50,148 bases of DNA from a virus (lineage: Duplodnaviria; Caudoviricetes), in IMG/VR virus record IMGVR_UViG_3300045954_000022, positions 1 through 50,148 of that record; one strand, given 5' to 3'. This document shows, piece after piece, positions 34,788 through 44,995 of the stretch. A model generated the notes under the pieces. That model did no database searches. It saw only the letters and a list, made by a program, of their open reading frames with translations, and was not told the origin of the DNA. Made by a program: the position numbers and the translations under genes. Within the stretch, counting starts at the first letter, position 1. Each line of letters opens with the position of its first letter.

Positions 34788-37180
34788 TGGACCTACGGAT
34801 CAGTGAACTGCCGCCGCTTCTTGGCAGCGATCTGCAGACCATCGACGTGGTTGCAGTTGCCGACATCTCGGCCAGTGAGACGCGAAAACTCACCTCCAAG
34901 GATCTGATCCAGTACGGCGTCGTCCTGATTGACGACGAGACGATCCCCAGCTCCAAGCTGCAGGACGTACAGCACGGCGACCTTGCGCCAGTGGGCGCCG
35001 CTGGACTGTTCCTGGCGGGGCCGTTCGATTCCGGCGGGCGGATCAGTGGTCGCCGCATCGTCCCCACCGATCTGCCCCCGGCCACCACCGAGGCGATCGG
35101 GGCGGTGAGCATCAGCGCCGGCCTGGCTGTGGATGGGAGTGGGTCGTTACGAGTGCGGCCGGCCACCACCACGGCCATCGGCGGCGTGATCATCAACCCG
35201 CTGGGCGGCCTGGAGACAACCGCCGACGGGACGATCCAGCACGTCGGCAACGGCATCCCCACCGGCACCCGATCGGGCATCACCTACGACGAGTGGGGCC
35301 ACATCACCGGGGCCGTGGCGCTGGTGGGGGCCGATCTGCCTGCGGCGACCACCACGGTGATCGGCGCAGTGTCGGTGCCAGGCAGCTCCGGGCTCACGGT
35401 GAGCCCCCTGGGCGTCCTGGGCCATGCCGCCAACATCACCGCCGGCACCCGCAGCGGCATCACGGTGAACGCCACCGGCCACGTCACGGCCATTGATCCG
35501 CTGGCCGGCACCGATCTGCCGATCGCCACCACCAGCACCGTCGGTGCGGTGAAGGTGCCATCCGACGGGCCGCTGACGGTGGACGGGAGCGGGTCGCTGC
35601 GGCACACCTCCACGACGGCCACCACGGGCACCTTCACCAAGGTGACGGTGGACGGGTTTGGTCACGTCACGGTGGGACGTTCCCTGGAGGCGGCCGACAT
35701 CCCCGACCTCGATGCCAGCAAGATCACCACCGGCATCCTGAACCCGGCCCTGCTGGCGGGGCTGCAGATCACGGCGGCCAACCTCTACGACTACTCGATC
35801 GCCTTCATCCAGGAGGCTGAGCCCTCCGCGCCCGACTTCATCGGCCACCTGTGGCTGCAGGAGTCCAGCTCGCAGTTGCGGATGTGGAACGGCAACAGCT
35901 GGATGCCCTGCGGCTTCGGCGCCGTGATGGCCAACAACATCCGCTTCGGTGGCACGTTCAACGCCGCCACGGGTGCCATCGTCAACGTGACGCCGCTCGG
36001 GCGGGAGTCCTCCTTCGCCGCCGGCCAGGCCATCCCGCCGCCCTCCTCGCTGAACGCGGGGATCTACTTCGTCGCTGTGGTGGCTGGCACCGGGGTGGGG
36101 CAGACACCGGGCACCACCTACGACGTGGGCGACTGGATCCTGTCGCTCGACCCGCAGCAGTCCTGGACCCGCGTGGACATGGCGGGGCCTGGCGGGGGCG
36201 GCGGATCCACGAACCTCGACGGCCTCACCGATGTGGCCGTGGTGAACCCCACCGCCGGCCAGGTGTTGGTCTACGACACGCAATCGGCGAGCTGGCGGAA
36301 CGGCACAGCCACCGGCATCCAGCACCTGAGCTTCACCCAGCAGGGCCAGAACCCGACACCAGGCAACGGCGCCGGCCAACTGCCGACGGGCGCCATCGCC
36401 ATCAACCTGAACGCCAACCAGCCGTTCCTGGCGATCCAGGACACGGCCGGCGCCATCCGGCGATTCGGCGTGGCGGTGGGCACCACGGCGCCGAACTCCC
36501 CCAGGGCCGGCGAGCTGTGGCTGGATACCAGCGCCGGGGCGGTGCTGCGCTGCTTCACCGGGTCAGCCTGGAGCACGGGCGGGGCCGTCGACACGGGGGG
36601 TTTCCCCGCCGGCACCCGGATGCTGTTCGTGCAGTCCGACGCTCCACCGGGCTGGGTGCGGGACACCGCCCACAACAACAAGGCGCTCCGCATCGTCAGC
36701 GGCACCGCAGGCTCGGGTGGGTCGTTGGGATTCACCACGGCGTTTGCCGGCCGCACGGTCAGCGGCTCCACCGGGGCCACTACCCTCACCGCTTCGCAGA
36801 TCCCCTCGCACAGCCACACGGTCAACGACCCAGGGCACGGCCATGGCGTCAGTGATCCGGGCCACAGCCACGGCATCGCCGACCCCGGCCATGCCCACAA
36901 CTACACGAAGATCGATGGCGAATACGGCCAGACTCCGACCAGCGGTACGAACCAGGCGGCTCATGTGCGTCGACTGATCGAGAACTGGATCTGGAACGAG
37001 CACCGCTACACCGGCATCAGCGTCAACGGCGCAGGCACCAACATCTCGATCCAGGGCTCCGGCACCGGTATCTCGCTCGGGTCGAGCGGTGGCGGCCAAG
37101 GCCACACGCACAGCATGGCCGACGCCTCGCTCGACATGGCCGTGGCTTACGTTGATGCCATCATCGCGGTGAAGCAGTGA
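34787..37180 (+). CDS. Tail fibre protein 1
   Basis: DLP-x-ATT-x-x-IGAV repeats, KVTVD-x-x-GHVT, collar-like FPAGT...APPGW, H-x-H repeats. Confidence 0.85.
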   Translation: MDLRISELPPLLGSDLQTIDVVAVADISASETRKLTSKDLIQYGVVLIDDETIPSSKLQDVQHGDLAPVGAAGLFLAGPFDSGGRISGRRIVPTDLPPATTEAIGAVSISAGLAVDGSGSLRVRPATTTAIGGVIINPLGGLETTADGTIQHVGNGIPTGTRSGITYDEWGHITGAVALVGADLPAATTTVIGAVSVPGSSGLTVSPLGVLGHAANITAGTRSGITVNATGHVTAIDPLAGTDLPIATTSTVGAVKVPSDGPLTVDGSGSLRHTSTTATTGTFTKVTVDGFGHVTVGRSLEAADIPDLDASKITTGILNPALLAGLQITAANLYDYSIAFIQEAEPSAPDFIGHLWLQESSSQLRMWNGNSWMPCGFGAVMANNIRFGGTFNAATGAIVNVTPLGRESSFAAGQAIPPPSSLNAGIYFVAVVAGTGVGQTPGTTYDVGDWILSLDPQQSWTRVDMAGPGGGGGSTNLDGLTDVAVVNPTAGQVLVYDTQSASWRNGTATGIQHLSFTQQGQNPTPGNGAGQLPTGAIAINLNANQPFLAIQDTAGAIRRFGVAVGTTAPNSPRAGELWLDTSAGAVLRCFTGSAWSTGGAVDTGGFPAGTRMLFVQSDAPPGWVRDTAHNNKALRIVSGTAGSGGSLGFTTAFAGRTVSGSTGATTLTASQIPSHSHTVNDPGHGHGVSDPGHSHGIADPGHAHNYTKIDGEYGQTPTSGTNQAAHVRRLIENWIWNEHRYTGISVNGAGTNISIQGSGTGISLGSSGGGQGHTHSMADASLDMAVAYVDAIIAVKQ

Positions 37181-37491
37181 CCAAGGGCAAGAGCTATGGG
37201 GTCGGTGAGTTCTGTCCCCTGGTGAAGGGTGCCTGCGTTCTGGGCGCCTGTGCGTTCTGGACCGAGGTGCGTGGCACCCACCCGCAGACCGGCGCGGAGA
37301 TCAGCCAACCGGCGTGCGCGGTGGCATGGATCCCGCTGCTGATGATCGACCAGACCCAGCAGATCCGCCACCAGGCTGCCGCAGCTGATCAGGCTCGCAA
37401 CGCTGTGGCCACGATCCAGCTGGCCGATCGCCTGAGCCTCGGGATGTCTGACGACGAACAGAAGGCGGCCCGCGCCTCTGCCGGGTACTGA
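37177..37491 (+). CDS. Cys-rich protein, possible fibre assembly factor
   Basis: CPL-x3-C-x4-C-x-FW motif; coupled to the fibre gene. Confidence 0.6.
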   Translation: MTKGKSYGVGEFCPLVKGACVLGACAFWTEVRGTHPQTGAEISQPACAVAWIPLLMIDQTQQIRHQAAAADQARNAVATIQLADRLSLGMSDDEQKAARASAGY

Positions 37492-37494
37492 TCG

Positions 37495-37740
37495 ATGCCG
37501 AAGCACCATCACTTCACCCCCGAACGCCTCCTGGCCTTGGACTGGGAAGTTGCGGCTGATCTGCATGTCGAGTACAGCCCCACAACGGGAAGCCGCATTG
37601 ATCGCATCACGCCGGGGGAGAGGGCAGATCTGAACGGCTACCACCAGGCAGTTTTCCCAATCGGCAAGGACGAAGTCGGTTATGTCTTGATCCCCGACAC
37701 CGCGCTGGCGATGCTGCGAGCCCTGCCGCCTGACGCCTGA
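37495..37740 (+). CDS. Hypothetical protein
   Basis: ORF coupled to the next gene. Confidence 0.55.
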   Translation: MPKHHHFTPERLLALDWEVAADLHVEYSPTTGSRIDRITPGERADLNGYHQAVFPIGKDEVGYVLIPDTALAMLRALPPDA

Positions 37741-39185
37741 TGCTCAACAACCGGACCCGCCGGGACGTCATTTTCAACCGGGTTCCCACCAAGGCGGACC
37801 TGGATGCAGGTGACCTGGTGGTGAACGCCGGGGACGGCACGGCCTACACGAAGCTCGTCACCGGCCAGGTGGTGCCGATCGCCGGCCGCTCGATCAGCGG
37901 AGATTCGAGTGGGTCGTCCTTCGAGCTGCCGATCGCCACCGACACGGTGCTCGGCGGCATCAAGGTGGGCGCCAACCTCTCGATCACGGCGGAGGGTGTG
38001 TTGTCGGCGCAGCAGGGCCAGGACGGCTTCGTGCTTCCCCCGGCCACACGTTCCACCCTGGGCGGCGTGATCGTCGGCGCCAGGCTGACGGTGGGTCCGG
38101 ATGGCACCCTGTCGGCGGACGCTCCGGCCCTGCCGATCGCATCGAACACCGTGCTCGGCGGGGTGCGGGTTGGTTCGGGCTTGACCATCGACGGCAGTGG
38201 GCTGCTGTCCGCGAATGCCCAGGGCTACACCCTGCCGCCGGCCACCAATGTCACGCTCGGCGGCATCAAGGTGGGCACCAACCTGACGGTGACGGCAGAC
38301 GGCACCTTGAATGCTGGGCCGTCGGGCTCTGATCGTGTGCTGCGGGCCGGGGACACAATGACCGGCACACTCAACATCGCCAACGCCAACCTGGCAGTAG
38401 TCAATGGCAGAGTGAGTGTCACGGGTACCATGGAACCCGATGTGGTTGTCGGACCCCCTGCCACGCCGACATTTGGATCTTTCTACTACTATGCCAATAC
38501 GGTTGGTGTGCAGAGTAGGGGAACGCTTCACCTGGCCACATCAGCAAACACAAGCGTTGTTATCGCGCCAGATTGGAACGAGATCTACCGATTCAGCCCC
38601 AGCGACGTGTGGTTTGAGAGGAACCTCGTCATACAGAAGGACACCACAGGTACTGCGTTGTTCATCCTGGCGGATCAGGCTGGCATCGCGAACATCGACT
38701 TCTATCAGCGCGATTTCAACCGCCAATGGGGCGCAGTTGGTAGTGCTCTGGGCAGAACCGATCTATGGGGCCGTCAACAGGCGTGGCTTCGCGCTGGCGT
38801 CGAGGATGGCTGGGGCCATGCCGAAATCAACGGGGGGTGGCGAGAATGGGAAGCTATCCGCTTCTCTAGAGGCGGACAGTGGCTGGGATCAATCGACGGT
38901 AATGGCAACTACATCAACAAGGTGTCACGTGTAGAGGCATTGCCTGCGCCTGTAGCAGGGTTAGACGTTGTGCTACAGCTTCACCCGGTAGTACTTGCCT
39001 CAGGGGCTGCAGATGACGTGGAGCGTCCCCCGTCCCTGGGCTTCCTTCCTACTGAACTTCGCCGCGCCGTTCCAGAGGCCGTGAGTGAAGATGAGTCGGG
39101 CTACTGCGCGACCGCGCTGATCCCCGTCCTGGTGAAAGCGATCCAGGAGTTGACGGCCAGGGTCGCCGCTCTGGAGGCCGCTTAG
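37740..39185 (+). CDS. Tail fibre protein 2 with C-terminal intramolecular-chaperone-like (S74) domain
   Basis: Four LP-x-A-x4-LGG-x-x-VG repeats; LIPVLVKAIQEL-x-x-RV-x-x-LE coiled coil. Confidence 0.85.
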   Translation: MLNNRTRRDVIFNRVPTKADLDAGDLVVNAGDGTAYTKLVTGQVVPIAGRSISGDSSGSSFELPIATDTVLGGIKVGANLSITAEGVLSAQQGQDGFVLPPATRSTLGGVIVGARLTVGPDGTLSADAPALPIASNTVLGGVRVGSGLTIDGSGLLSANAQGYTLPPATNVTLGGIKVGTNLTVTADGTLNAGPSGSDRVLRAGDTMTGTLNIANANLAVVNGRVSVTGTMEPDVVVGPPATPTFGSFYYYANTVGVQSRGTLHLATSANTSVVIAPDWNEIYRFSPSDVWFERNLVIQKDTTGTALFILADQAGIANIDFYQRDFNRQWGAVGSALGRTDLWGRQQAWLRAGVEDGWGHAEINGGWREWEAIRFSRGGQWLGSIDGNGNYINKVSRVEALPAPVAGLDVVLQLHPVVLASGAADDVERPPSLGFLPTELRRAVPEAVSEDESGYCATALIPVLVKAIQELTARVAALEAA

Positions 39186-39211
39186 GATGGCGGCAACATG
39201 ACTCCGTAGCC

Positions 39212-40903
39212 GTGGCCACGACCCGCGTCACCGATCTGCAGGCGCTGACCACGCCGGATGGAGCAGATGTCCTTCACGCGGTCGATGTCTCGGCGGATCG
39301 AGATTCCAAGCTCACCATCACTGGTCTGCAGGCCGCGATCGGTGGAGCGTTCGCCCCGGCTGTGCACCAGCACAACGCCAACGAGATCATCAACTTCAAC
39401 GCCAGCTCCAGGGCGCAGACCGAGGCGGCGCTGATTGCTGGGGCCAACATCACTCTGACGCCGGCAGGCACTGGCGCGACCCGGACCATCACTGTGGCCA
39501 GTACGGCGGCGGGCGGCGGGGGAGGCACGGTCACCCAGGTGGATGGCGGGGCGGGCCTGACGGGGTCGGTCACCACCAGCGGCAGCCTCGCGGTGGGCGC
39601 GGGCAGTGGTATCACCGTGGCGGCGGACTCCGTCTCGATCAACCGCACCACCACCGACACCTGGTATGCCAGCGCCGCGCAGGGTGCCTTGGCGGCCACC
39701 GCCCTGCAGCCTGGCCAGGCGGCCACAACGGCCCAGGGTGCCAAGGCCGACACCGCCTTGCAGCCCGGCAGCGTCGACCTGGGCTACACCGCCGCCACCA
39801 GGACGATCACCAACACGGCCGGCGACCCTGCTGTGCTGCCGCTGGTCACCTCGGGCGCTGCGGGCCTGGCGCCGCAGTCTGGCGGTGGAACGTCGAACTT
39901 CCTGCGGGCTGACGGCACCTGGGCGGCTCCCCCGGCCGGCGGTGGCGGGGCGACCAATCTCGACGGGTTGAGCGACGTCACGATCACGACGCCGGCCACC
40001 GATCAGGTACTGAAGTTCAACGGCACCGAGTGGGTGAACGCTGCGGCACCTGGCGGGGGCGGGGGCACCGTCACCCAGGTCACCGGTGGCGCCGGCCTCA
40101 CCGGATCGGTGACCACCACAGGGGCCCTGGCGGTGGGGGCCGGCACCGGCATCACAGTGAATCCGGATGACGTGGCGATCAATCGCACCACGGTCGATGG
40201 GTGGTATCTGCCGCGGGCGAACCACACCGGCACCCAGGGGGTCAGCACGATCCAATTCGCCAACTCGGCCCGCCTGCTCGGCTGCCCCGCTTCAGCCGGC
40301 CCTGGCCAGGAAGTGACCGTGGTGGCGCCACTGTTCTTCAACGCCGGCGCACTGAACGTGAACCCAGCGAGTGGGGCGTTTTCCGGCTCGATGAGCAGTG
40401 CAGACTTCACCAAGCTGGCCGGCATCGCCACCGGGGCCACGGCGAACAGCACCGACGCGCAGCTGCGGGATCGCTCCACCCACACCGGCACCCAGGCCGG
40501 CAGCACCGTAACCGGGGCCTACACGGCGTCGGGCCTGACGATGTCCGGGGTGGGGCTGCTGGGACGTGCCGCCGTTGGGGGCGGTCCTGCGGTGGAGATC
40601 ACGATCGGCACGGGCCTGCTGCTCACCGGCACAACCCTCACCGCCACGGCGACCGGTGGTGGGGGCGCCACGGATCTGGATGGGTTGTCGGATGTCTCGA
40701 TCCTGAGCCCTGCCTCGGGGCAGATCATCGGGTTCAATGCCGGCTTCTGGCGCAACATGACCCCAGGCAATCTGTTCCTGGCGCAGTCGAACCCCACAGG
40801 AGTGACAGGGGCTGATGCCATCACGAACATGATCTCACTCACGCAGGCGGAATACGACGCCATCGCGACCAAGAACGCTTCCACCCTATACGTGATCGTC
40901 TGA
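39212..40903 (+). CDS. Tail fibre protein 3 (Gly/Thr/Ala-rich)
   Basis: Duplicated GTVTQV-x-GG-x-GLTG and LDGLSDV modules; C-terminal LTQAEYDAI...TLYVI. Confidence 0.8.
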   Translation: MATTRVTDLQALTTPDGADVLHAVDVSADRDSKLTITGLQAAIGGAFAPAVHQHNANEIINFNASSRAQTEAALIAGANITLTPAGTGATRTITVASTAAGGGGGTVTQVDGGAGLTGSVTTSGSLAVGAGSGITVAADSVSINRTTTDTWYASAAQGALAATALQPGQAATTAQGAKADTALQPGSVDLGYTAATRTITNTAGDPAVLPLVTSGAAGLAPQSGGGTSNFLRADGTWAAPPAGGGGATNLDGLSDVTITTPATDQVLKFNGTEWVNAAAPGGGGGTVTQVTGGAGLTGSVTTTGALAVGAGTGITVNPDDVAINRTTVDGWYLPRANHTGTQGVSTIQFANSARLLGCPASAGPGQEVTVVAPLFFNAGALNVNPASGAFSGSMSSADFTKLAGIATGATANSTDAQLRDRSTHTGTQAGSTVTGAYTASGLTMSGVGLLGRAAVGGGPAVEITIGTGLLLTGTTLTATATGGGGATDLDGLSDVSILSPASGQIIGFNAGFWRNMTPGNLFLAQSNPTGVTGADAITNMISLTQAEYDAIATKNASTLYVIV

Positions 40904-41712
40904 TGGCACTGAACCTCGGCAGCGGACCAGTCAGCGCCATCAGGTTGGGCGCGGCAACACCGTCGAAGGTGATGCTGGGGACGACCCAGGTGTGGCCGGT
41001 GGTGCCTGTGGGAGATCCGTGGACACCGGCAGAACTGCCGAATCTGGTGATGTTCAGCAGCTTCGACGATCTGGCGAATGTGGTGCTGGTGGATGGGCGT
41101 GTCTCCCAGGTTGCCGACGCCAGCGGCTTTCCGTTCACGCAGGGGAATGTAGCCAACCAACCTGCACTTACGCAGAACGGACTGGATAAGTTCGCGTCCG
41201 TGTTTAACACAAACTTCCTGGACTCATCTGTGCCGTTCCCCGGCGGGTCAGCACTCACTCCTTTCGCACTTTTCGGAAATAGCGATAGTGAGTGTATAGG
41301 TGCAAGAGTGGAGAATGTACTTCACGCACAGCTCGGTGGTTGGAACGCTGTGTGGCACTTTCCCGGCTCGAACCGGGTATTCCCTGGGATGCCTCAAGGA
41401 GCAATCACTGCAGCGGTTTTTCGTCTTCAGTTCGGCCAAGCAGTTAACCAGGTTCGGGTCTGGGGAACAACTCAGAACTCCAACTCAGGCGGCACGACTG
41501 GCCCTACCGGTACAGCTCCCGGCTGGTCGTACGGGAGACAGTTCTGGAACCCTGGAGCATCTCCCCTCAACCTGCGCTGCTTCGGAATTGTTAGCGGTGT
41601 GATGTCCGATGCCGACGCCGAACGGTTTGAGGGATGGGCTGCACATACTTTCGGGTATGCAGCCAACCTTCCGGCTAATCATCCCTACAAGACTGCACCA
41701 CCATTCCTATGA
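40903..41712 (+). CDS. Receptor-binding/LamG-like fibre tip protein
   Basis: WTPAEL, V-x-Q-x-x-D-x-SG, Q-x-x-x-x-x-QP and EGW-x-AH...LP-x-x-HPY motifs; middle section lower in GC. Confidence 0.65.
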   Translation: MALNLGSGPVSAIRLGAATPSKVMLGTTQVWPVVPVGDPWTPAELPNLVMFSSFDDLANVVLVDGRVSQVADASGFPFTQGNVANQPALTQNGLDKFASVFNTNFLDSSVPFPGGSALTPFALFGNSDSECIGARVENVLHAQLGGWNAVWHFPGSNRVFPGMPQGAITAAVFRLQFGQAVNQVRVWGTTQNSNSGGTTGPTGTAPGWSYGRQFWNPGASPLNLRCFGIVSGVMSDADAERFEGWAAHTFGYAANLPANHPYKTAPPFL

Positions 41713-42710
41713 ATTACCTGGCCCCAGAAGCTGACCCGGTTCACGCAACGGAAACCGAAATCTTCGGCAGCTTCCGCGAGAAGATGCGCGCCATCGACCC
41801 CGAGGCGGTGGACGATGAAACCGGCACCATCATCGGCCGGAATGCCCTCACCGGCGAACTGATGCCGAACGCCACGCGCGCCTCTGGGTACTACGGTGAT
41901 CCCTTGCCGGCGGTCCAGGGCTTCTTCCTGCCGGTGCCGGAGGATGAGGCCCTGCGGGTGGCTAACCCGGCCGCGCTTGGCGTGATCGAGACGGAGCACC
42001 TGAACCCCTGGCCGACGCTGCGGAGCAACACCGAAGGCGAGCCGGAAGTGGGTCCCCTGCCGGAGTGGGTGCAGCCCACCGGCGCCCATGACGCCTACCC
42101 GCTTGGCATGTGGGTGCAGCACAACGGCTACGACTTCGTCTCGCTGCTGGAAGCCAACGTGTGGGAGCCGACGCCGGAAAGCAACTTCTGGCGCATCAGC
42201 CCCGATCCCGGCCCGCTGCCCTGGCGGGCTCCCACCGGCGCGGCCGATGCCTACGCGATCGGTGACCGGGTCACCCATACCGTCGCAGGCCGCGAGACCG
42301 ATCTGTGGGAATCCAACATCGACGCCAACACCACCGAGCCCGGCACCGACGGCACCTTCGACCGCTGGTGGTCACCGATCCTCGATGCCGGCGGTGAGGT
42401 TTTGCCGTGGGTGCAGCCCATGCCTGGCACCGCGAACGCTCCCTACGAGATTGGCGCCAAGGTGAGCCATGAAGGGCAGGAGTGGGTGAACACCGTGCAG
42501 CTCAATGTCTGGGAACCCGGCGTATTCGGGTGGGACGTCGTATCGCCCCCAGCAGACCAGGCGGGCCAGGGGTTCGGCGCCACCGAGAAGCCTCTCACCA
42601 GGAAGCAGCAACTGGCCGCCAAGCGGAAGCGCAAGGGTGGCGCGTTCGTCGGTGACGACCCAGCTACGCCCGACACCAATGAGGCGTGGATCGACGGGAA
42701 GAAGCCTTGA
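41709..42710 (+). CDS. Protein with three CBM5/12-like (chitin-binding type) modules
   Basis: Three W-x-x-P...Y-x-x-G-x-x-V-x-H...N-x-x-EP repeats. Confidence 0.75.
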   Translation: MNYLAPEADPVHATETEIFGSFREKMRAIDPEAVDDETGTIIGRNALTGELMPNATRASGYYGDPLPAVQGFFLPVPEDEALRVANPAALGVIETEHLNPWPTLRSNTEGEPEVGPLPEWVQPTGAHDAYPLGMWVQHNGYDFVSLLEANVWEPTPESNFWRISPDPGPLPWRAPTGAADAYAIGDRVTHTVAGRETDLWESNIDANTTEPGTDGTFDRWWSPILDAGGEVLPWVQPMPGTANAPYEIGAKVSHEGQEWVNTVQLNVWEPGVFGWDVVSPPADQAGQGFGATEKPLTRKQQLAAKRKRKGGAFVGDDPATPDTNEAWIDGKKP

Positions 42711-43285
42711 GTCTGGTCTTTCTAGATTTTGACGGCCATACCACGTACGGCGGCAATCCATTGCTACCTGCTGACTACCCACGCATCGAACCGGATCGCA
42801 TCATCGGCGGGTTGCAGCAGGTGTGGTGGCCGTTTGAGATTGATTTTGTGACCGGCATCGAGCAGCCGCACGATCACCGCATTGTGTTCACGGGCGAGGA
42901 TCTGTGGCTAGGCGGTAATTATGTGGCCGGCTATTCGCTGCTGAACATCTACGGCAAAACACCTGCCGAAGACGGTGGCGTGAGTACACTGCCATACGCC
43001 AGCTATGTTGGGTCACTGTCCAGCTGGGATGATCCCAACCCTGGCCTGGCCAAGACAGCAGCGCATGAGCTGGGCCATGCCGTTGGCATCAAGCACGGCG
43101 GTATTGCCGAGAGCTATGCGCCACTGAAACGCGATAGCACGAGCTGGCGGGTGGAGGATGTGTTGGCGATTTATGCGCGGCACCCTGAACTGCAGCCCAC
43201 GGCAGAGTTCACTGATGTAGTTGCTGCAGTACAAAGCAGGCCGTGGTACGCTGGACAGTCTATTATCATCACAAGTATCACATGA
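42707..43285 (+). CDS. Zinc metalloprotease (metzincin motif)
   Basis: HELGHAVGIKH matches HExxHxxGxxH; N-terminal FLDFDG; TTG start overlaps the upstream stop. Confidence 0.75.
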   Translation: MSLVFLDFDGHTTYGGNPLLPADYPRIEPDRIIGGLQQVWWPFEIDFVTGIEQPHDHRIVFTGEDLWLGGNYVAGYSLLNIYGKTPAEDGGVSTLPYASYVGSLSSWDDPNPGLAKTAAHELGHAVGIKHGGIAESYAPLKRDSTSWRVEDVLAIYARHPELQPTAEFTDVVAAVQSRPWYAGQSIIITSIT

Positions 43286-43359
43286 TCTGGTTCATCTGGC
43301 TGGTGCTGATCGTGCTGATCGTCCTTTGGTGGAACGTTTGCCAGGAGTGGCGGCGCTGA
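43282..43359 (+). CDS. 25-aa hydrophobic peptide MIWFIWLVLIVLIVLWWNVCQEWRR
   Basis: ATGA coupling to the protease stop; single TM helix; below ORF-track size. Confidence 0.5.
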   Translation: MIWFIWLVLIVLIVLWWNVCQEWRR

Positions 43360-43541
43360 CAACCCACCCGATCTGCGTCACCTGGCGGGCGCTGCCCATC
43401 AGGTGCAGGGTGCGCTCCCGCAGCGTCTCCGCCCTGCTGCCCAGGCCGAAGTAGAAGGCCGGGTTCCACACGCCCACGATCGGGGCTGCGGTCTGCTCAG
43501 TCCAGCGTGGGTCGTTCATCCACCCAGCCTAGAGTTGCCCC

Positions 43542-44186
43542 ATGGCACCCATCCAGCTCCGCGATGCCGCCAGGCACTTCCGGGATCTCCCCCACCAGTT
43601 GGCAGCCTTCGACTGGCTCCAGGAGCAGCTCACCAACCAGCAACTGGACGAGTTCGCCGTGCTGTTCCGGGCCGCCGGCAGTGGAGCTCTACCTGCTCCG
43701 CCTGCTGCGGGGGATGCGATCGGCCTGGCGCTGCCGCTGATCAAAGTATTCGAAGGAATCAAGCTTGAGAGCTATCCTGACCCACTGTCTGGGTGCGTTC
43801 CGTGGACTATCGGTTGGGGCACTACACAGTATCCCTGTGGAGGCATGGTCCGCCCAGGGGATCGGATTACCCGCGCACAAGCCGATGAGTACATGCGTTG
43901 GTGGGTAGAGCAGGACGAAATAGCACAGGCTCAGCGTATACCCACTTGGAGCAAGATGAGCGCAAATCAGCAAGCCGCAATATTAAGCTTCAGCTATAAT
44001 TTTGGCCGGTACTGGTATAATTCACACGGGTTCGCTACATTAACCAGGAATCTGCGTGACGAAGACTGGGCAGCCGTTCCTGAAACACTGCTTCTGTATA
44101 GAAATCCACACACACACGTAGAAGCAGGTTTGTTGCGTCGCAGGCAGGCCGAAGGCAGGCTGTTCAGCGGGCTCGAATGGGCCTGA
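43542..44186 (+). CDS. Endolysin, GH24 lysozyme
   Basis: FEG-x-x-L-x-x-YPD...WTIGWGT, SF-x-YN-x-G and GL-x-RRR-x-AE motifs; N-terminal LPHQ-x-AA-x-x-WLQ domain. Confidence 0.92.
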   Translation: MAPIQLRDAARHFRDLPHQLAAFDWLQEQLTNQQLDEFAVLFRAAGSGALPAPPAAGDAIGLALPLIKVFEGIKLESYPDPLSGCVPWTIGWGTTQYPCGGMVRPGDRITRAQADEYMRWWVEQDEIAQAQRIPTWSKMSANQQAAILSFSYNFGRYWYNSHGFATLTRNLRDEDWAAVPETLLLYRNPHTHVEAGLLRRRQAEGRLFSGLEWA

Positions 44187-44808
44187 TCGGCACGGACAGC
44201 ACCTTTTCGACAGGCCAGCCTCTTTTGATTCGACCTCGCAAGGTCATATGGTTTACGCCAAGTAGTTTTGCCCATTGCGATACGTTCAGGGTTTTCCCTT
44301 GATAGGTCAACCTGATACTGCTTGTCTTGTTGTCTGCTTGGCAGGCCTGTGTGTCCCAGATGCAGTTGTCAGGACAGTAGCCAAGATGAACATCTTTTCT
44401 TTCAATGGTATAACCAGCAGGACAGGGTCCCATGTCGGCTAGAAATACTTCAAAAGAATTGCGCCATCTATCGCATACGGTGATACCCCTTCCGCCGTAG
44501 TATTGATACCTGTTGTTTCTGGGGTTATAGCAGCGGGCTTTCATCTTCACCCACAGCTTGTACTCTCGGGTTTTAGACTGTCCATGCGTTGTGTTGCATG
44601 TTTTGGCTGCTGCGGCACTACGCTCTCTCGCTAGGCACCCGCAGCTTTGAGTAGCACCATTCAGTAGCGCCCGTTGCTGCACAACTCTGAATTTGCCGCA
44701 ATCGCAGACACATTGATACCTGGTCGGGTAGCCGAGATGTTTTGCCGCCATGAGCGCCACCAAGCGCCCAAAACGACGGCCCGATTGATCGGGTAATCTT
44801 GCTGGCAT
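44164..44808 (-). CDS. HNH-type homing endonuclease
   Basis: RFGRL, CVCDCG, SCGC, YGGRGI-x-VC-x-RW, F-x-x-DMG and TIER-x-D...Y-x-P-x-NC-x-W motifs. Confidence 0.85.
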   Translation of the reverse strand: MPARLPDQSGRRFGRLVALMAAKHLGYPTRYQCVCDCGKFRVVQQRALLNGATQSCGCLARERSAAAAKTCNTTHGQSKTREYKLWVKMKARCYNPRNNRYQYYGGRGITVCDRWRNSFEVFLADMGPCPAGYTIERKDVHLGYCPDNCIWDTQACQADNKTSSIRLTYQGKTLNVSQWAKLLGVNHMTLRGRIKRGWPVEKVLSVPIRPIRAR

Positions 44809-44920
44809 CAGCTCACTCCAGATGAGTTGGTCACGGCCAGGGGCGCGAACCCGCTGGCCACCCCATTGTAAACTGAGCCGTCCTTCAACGGTTCACTCGA
44901 CCGGGCGGGGGGACAGAAGC

Positions 44921-44954
44921 GGGCCGCCTTGTTGGGAGACTTGGCGGCTCTTTC
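44921..44954. terminator. Terminator-like hairpin
   Basis: GGGCCGCC...GGCGGCTC-TTTC, intergenic. Confidence 0.45.
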
Positions 44955-44995
44955 GTGTGCGCGGCATCAAGTATCGTTGATCTGACCAATACGCC

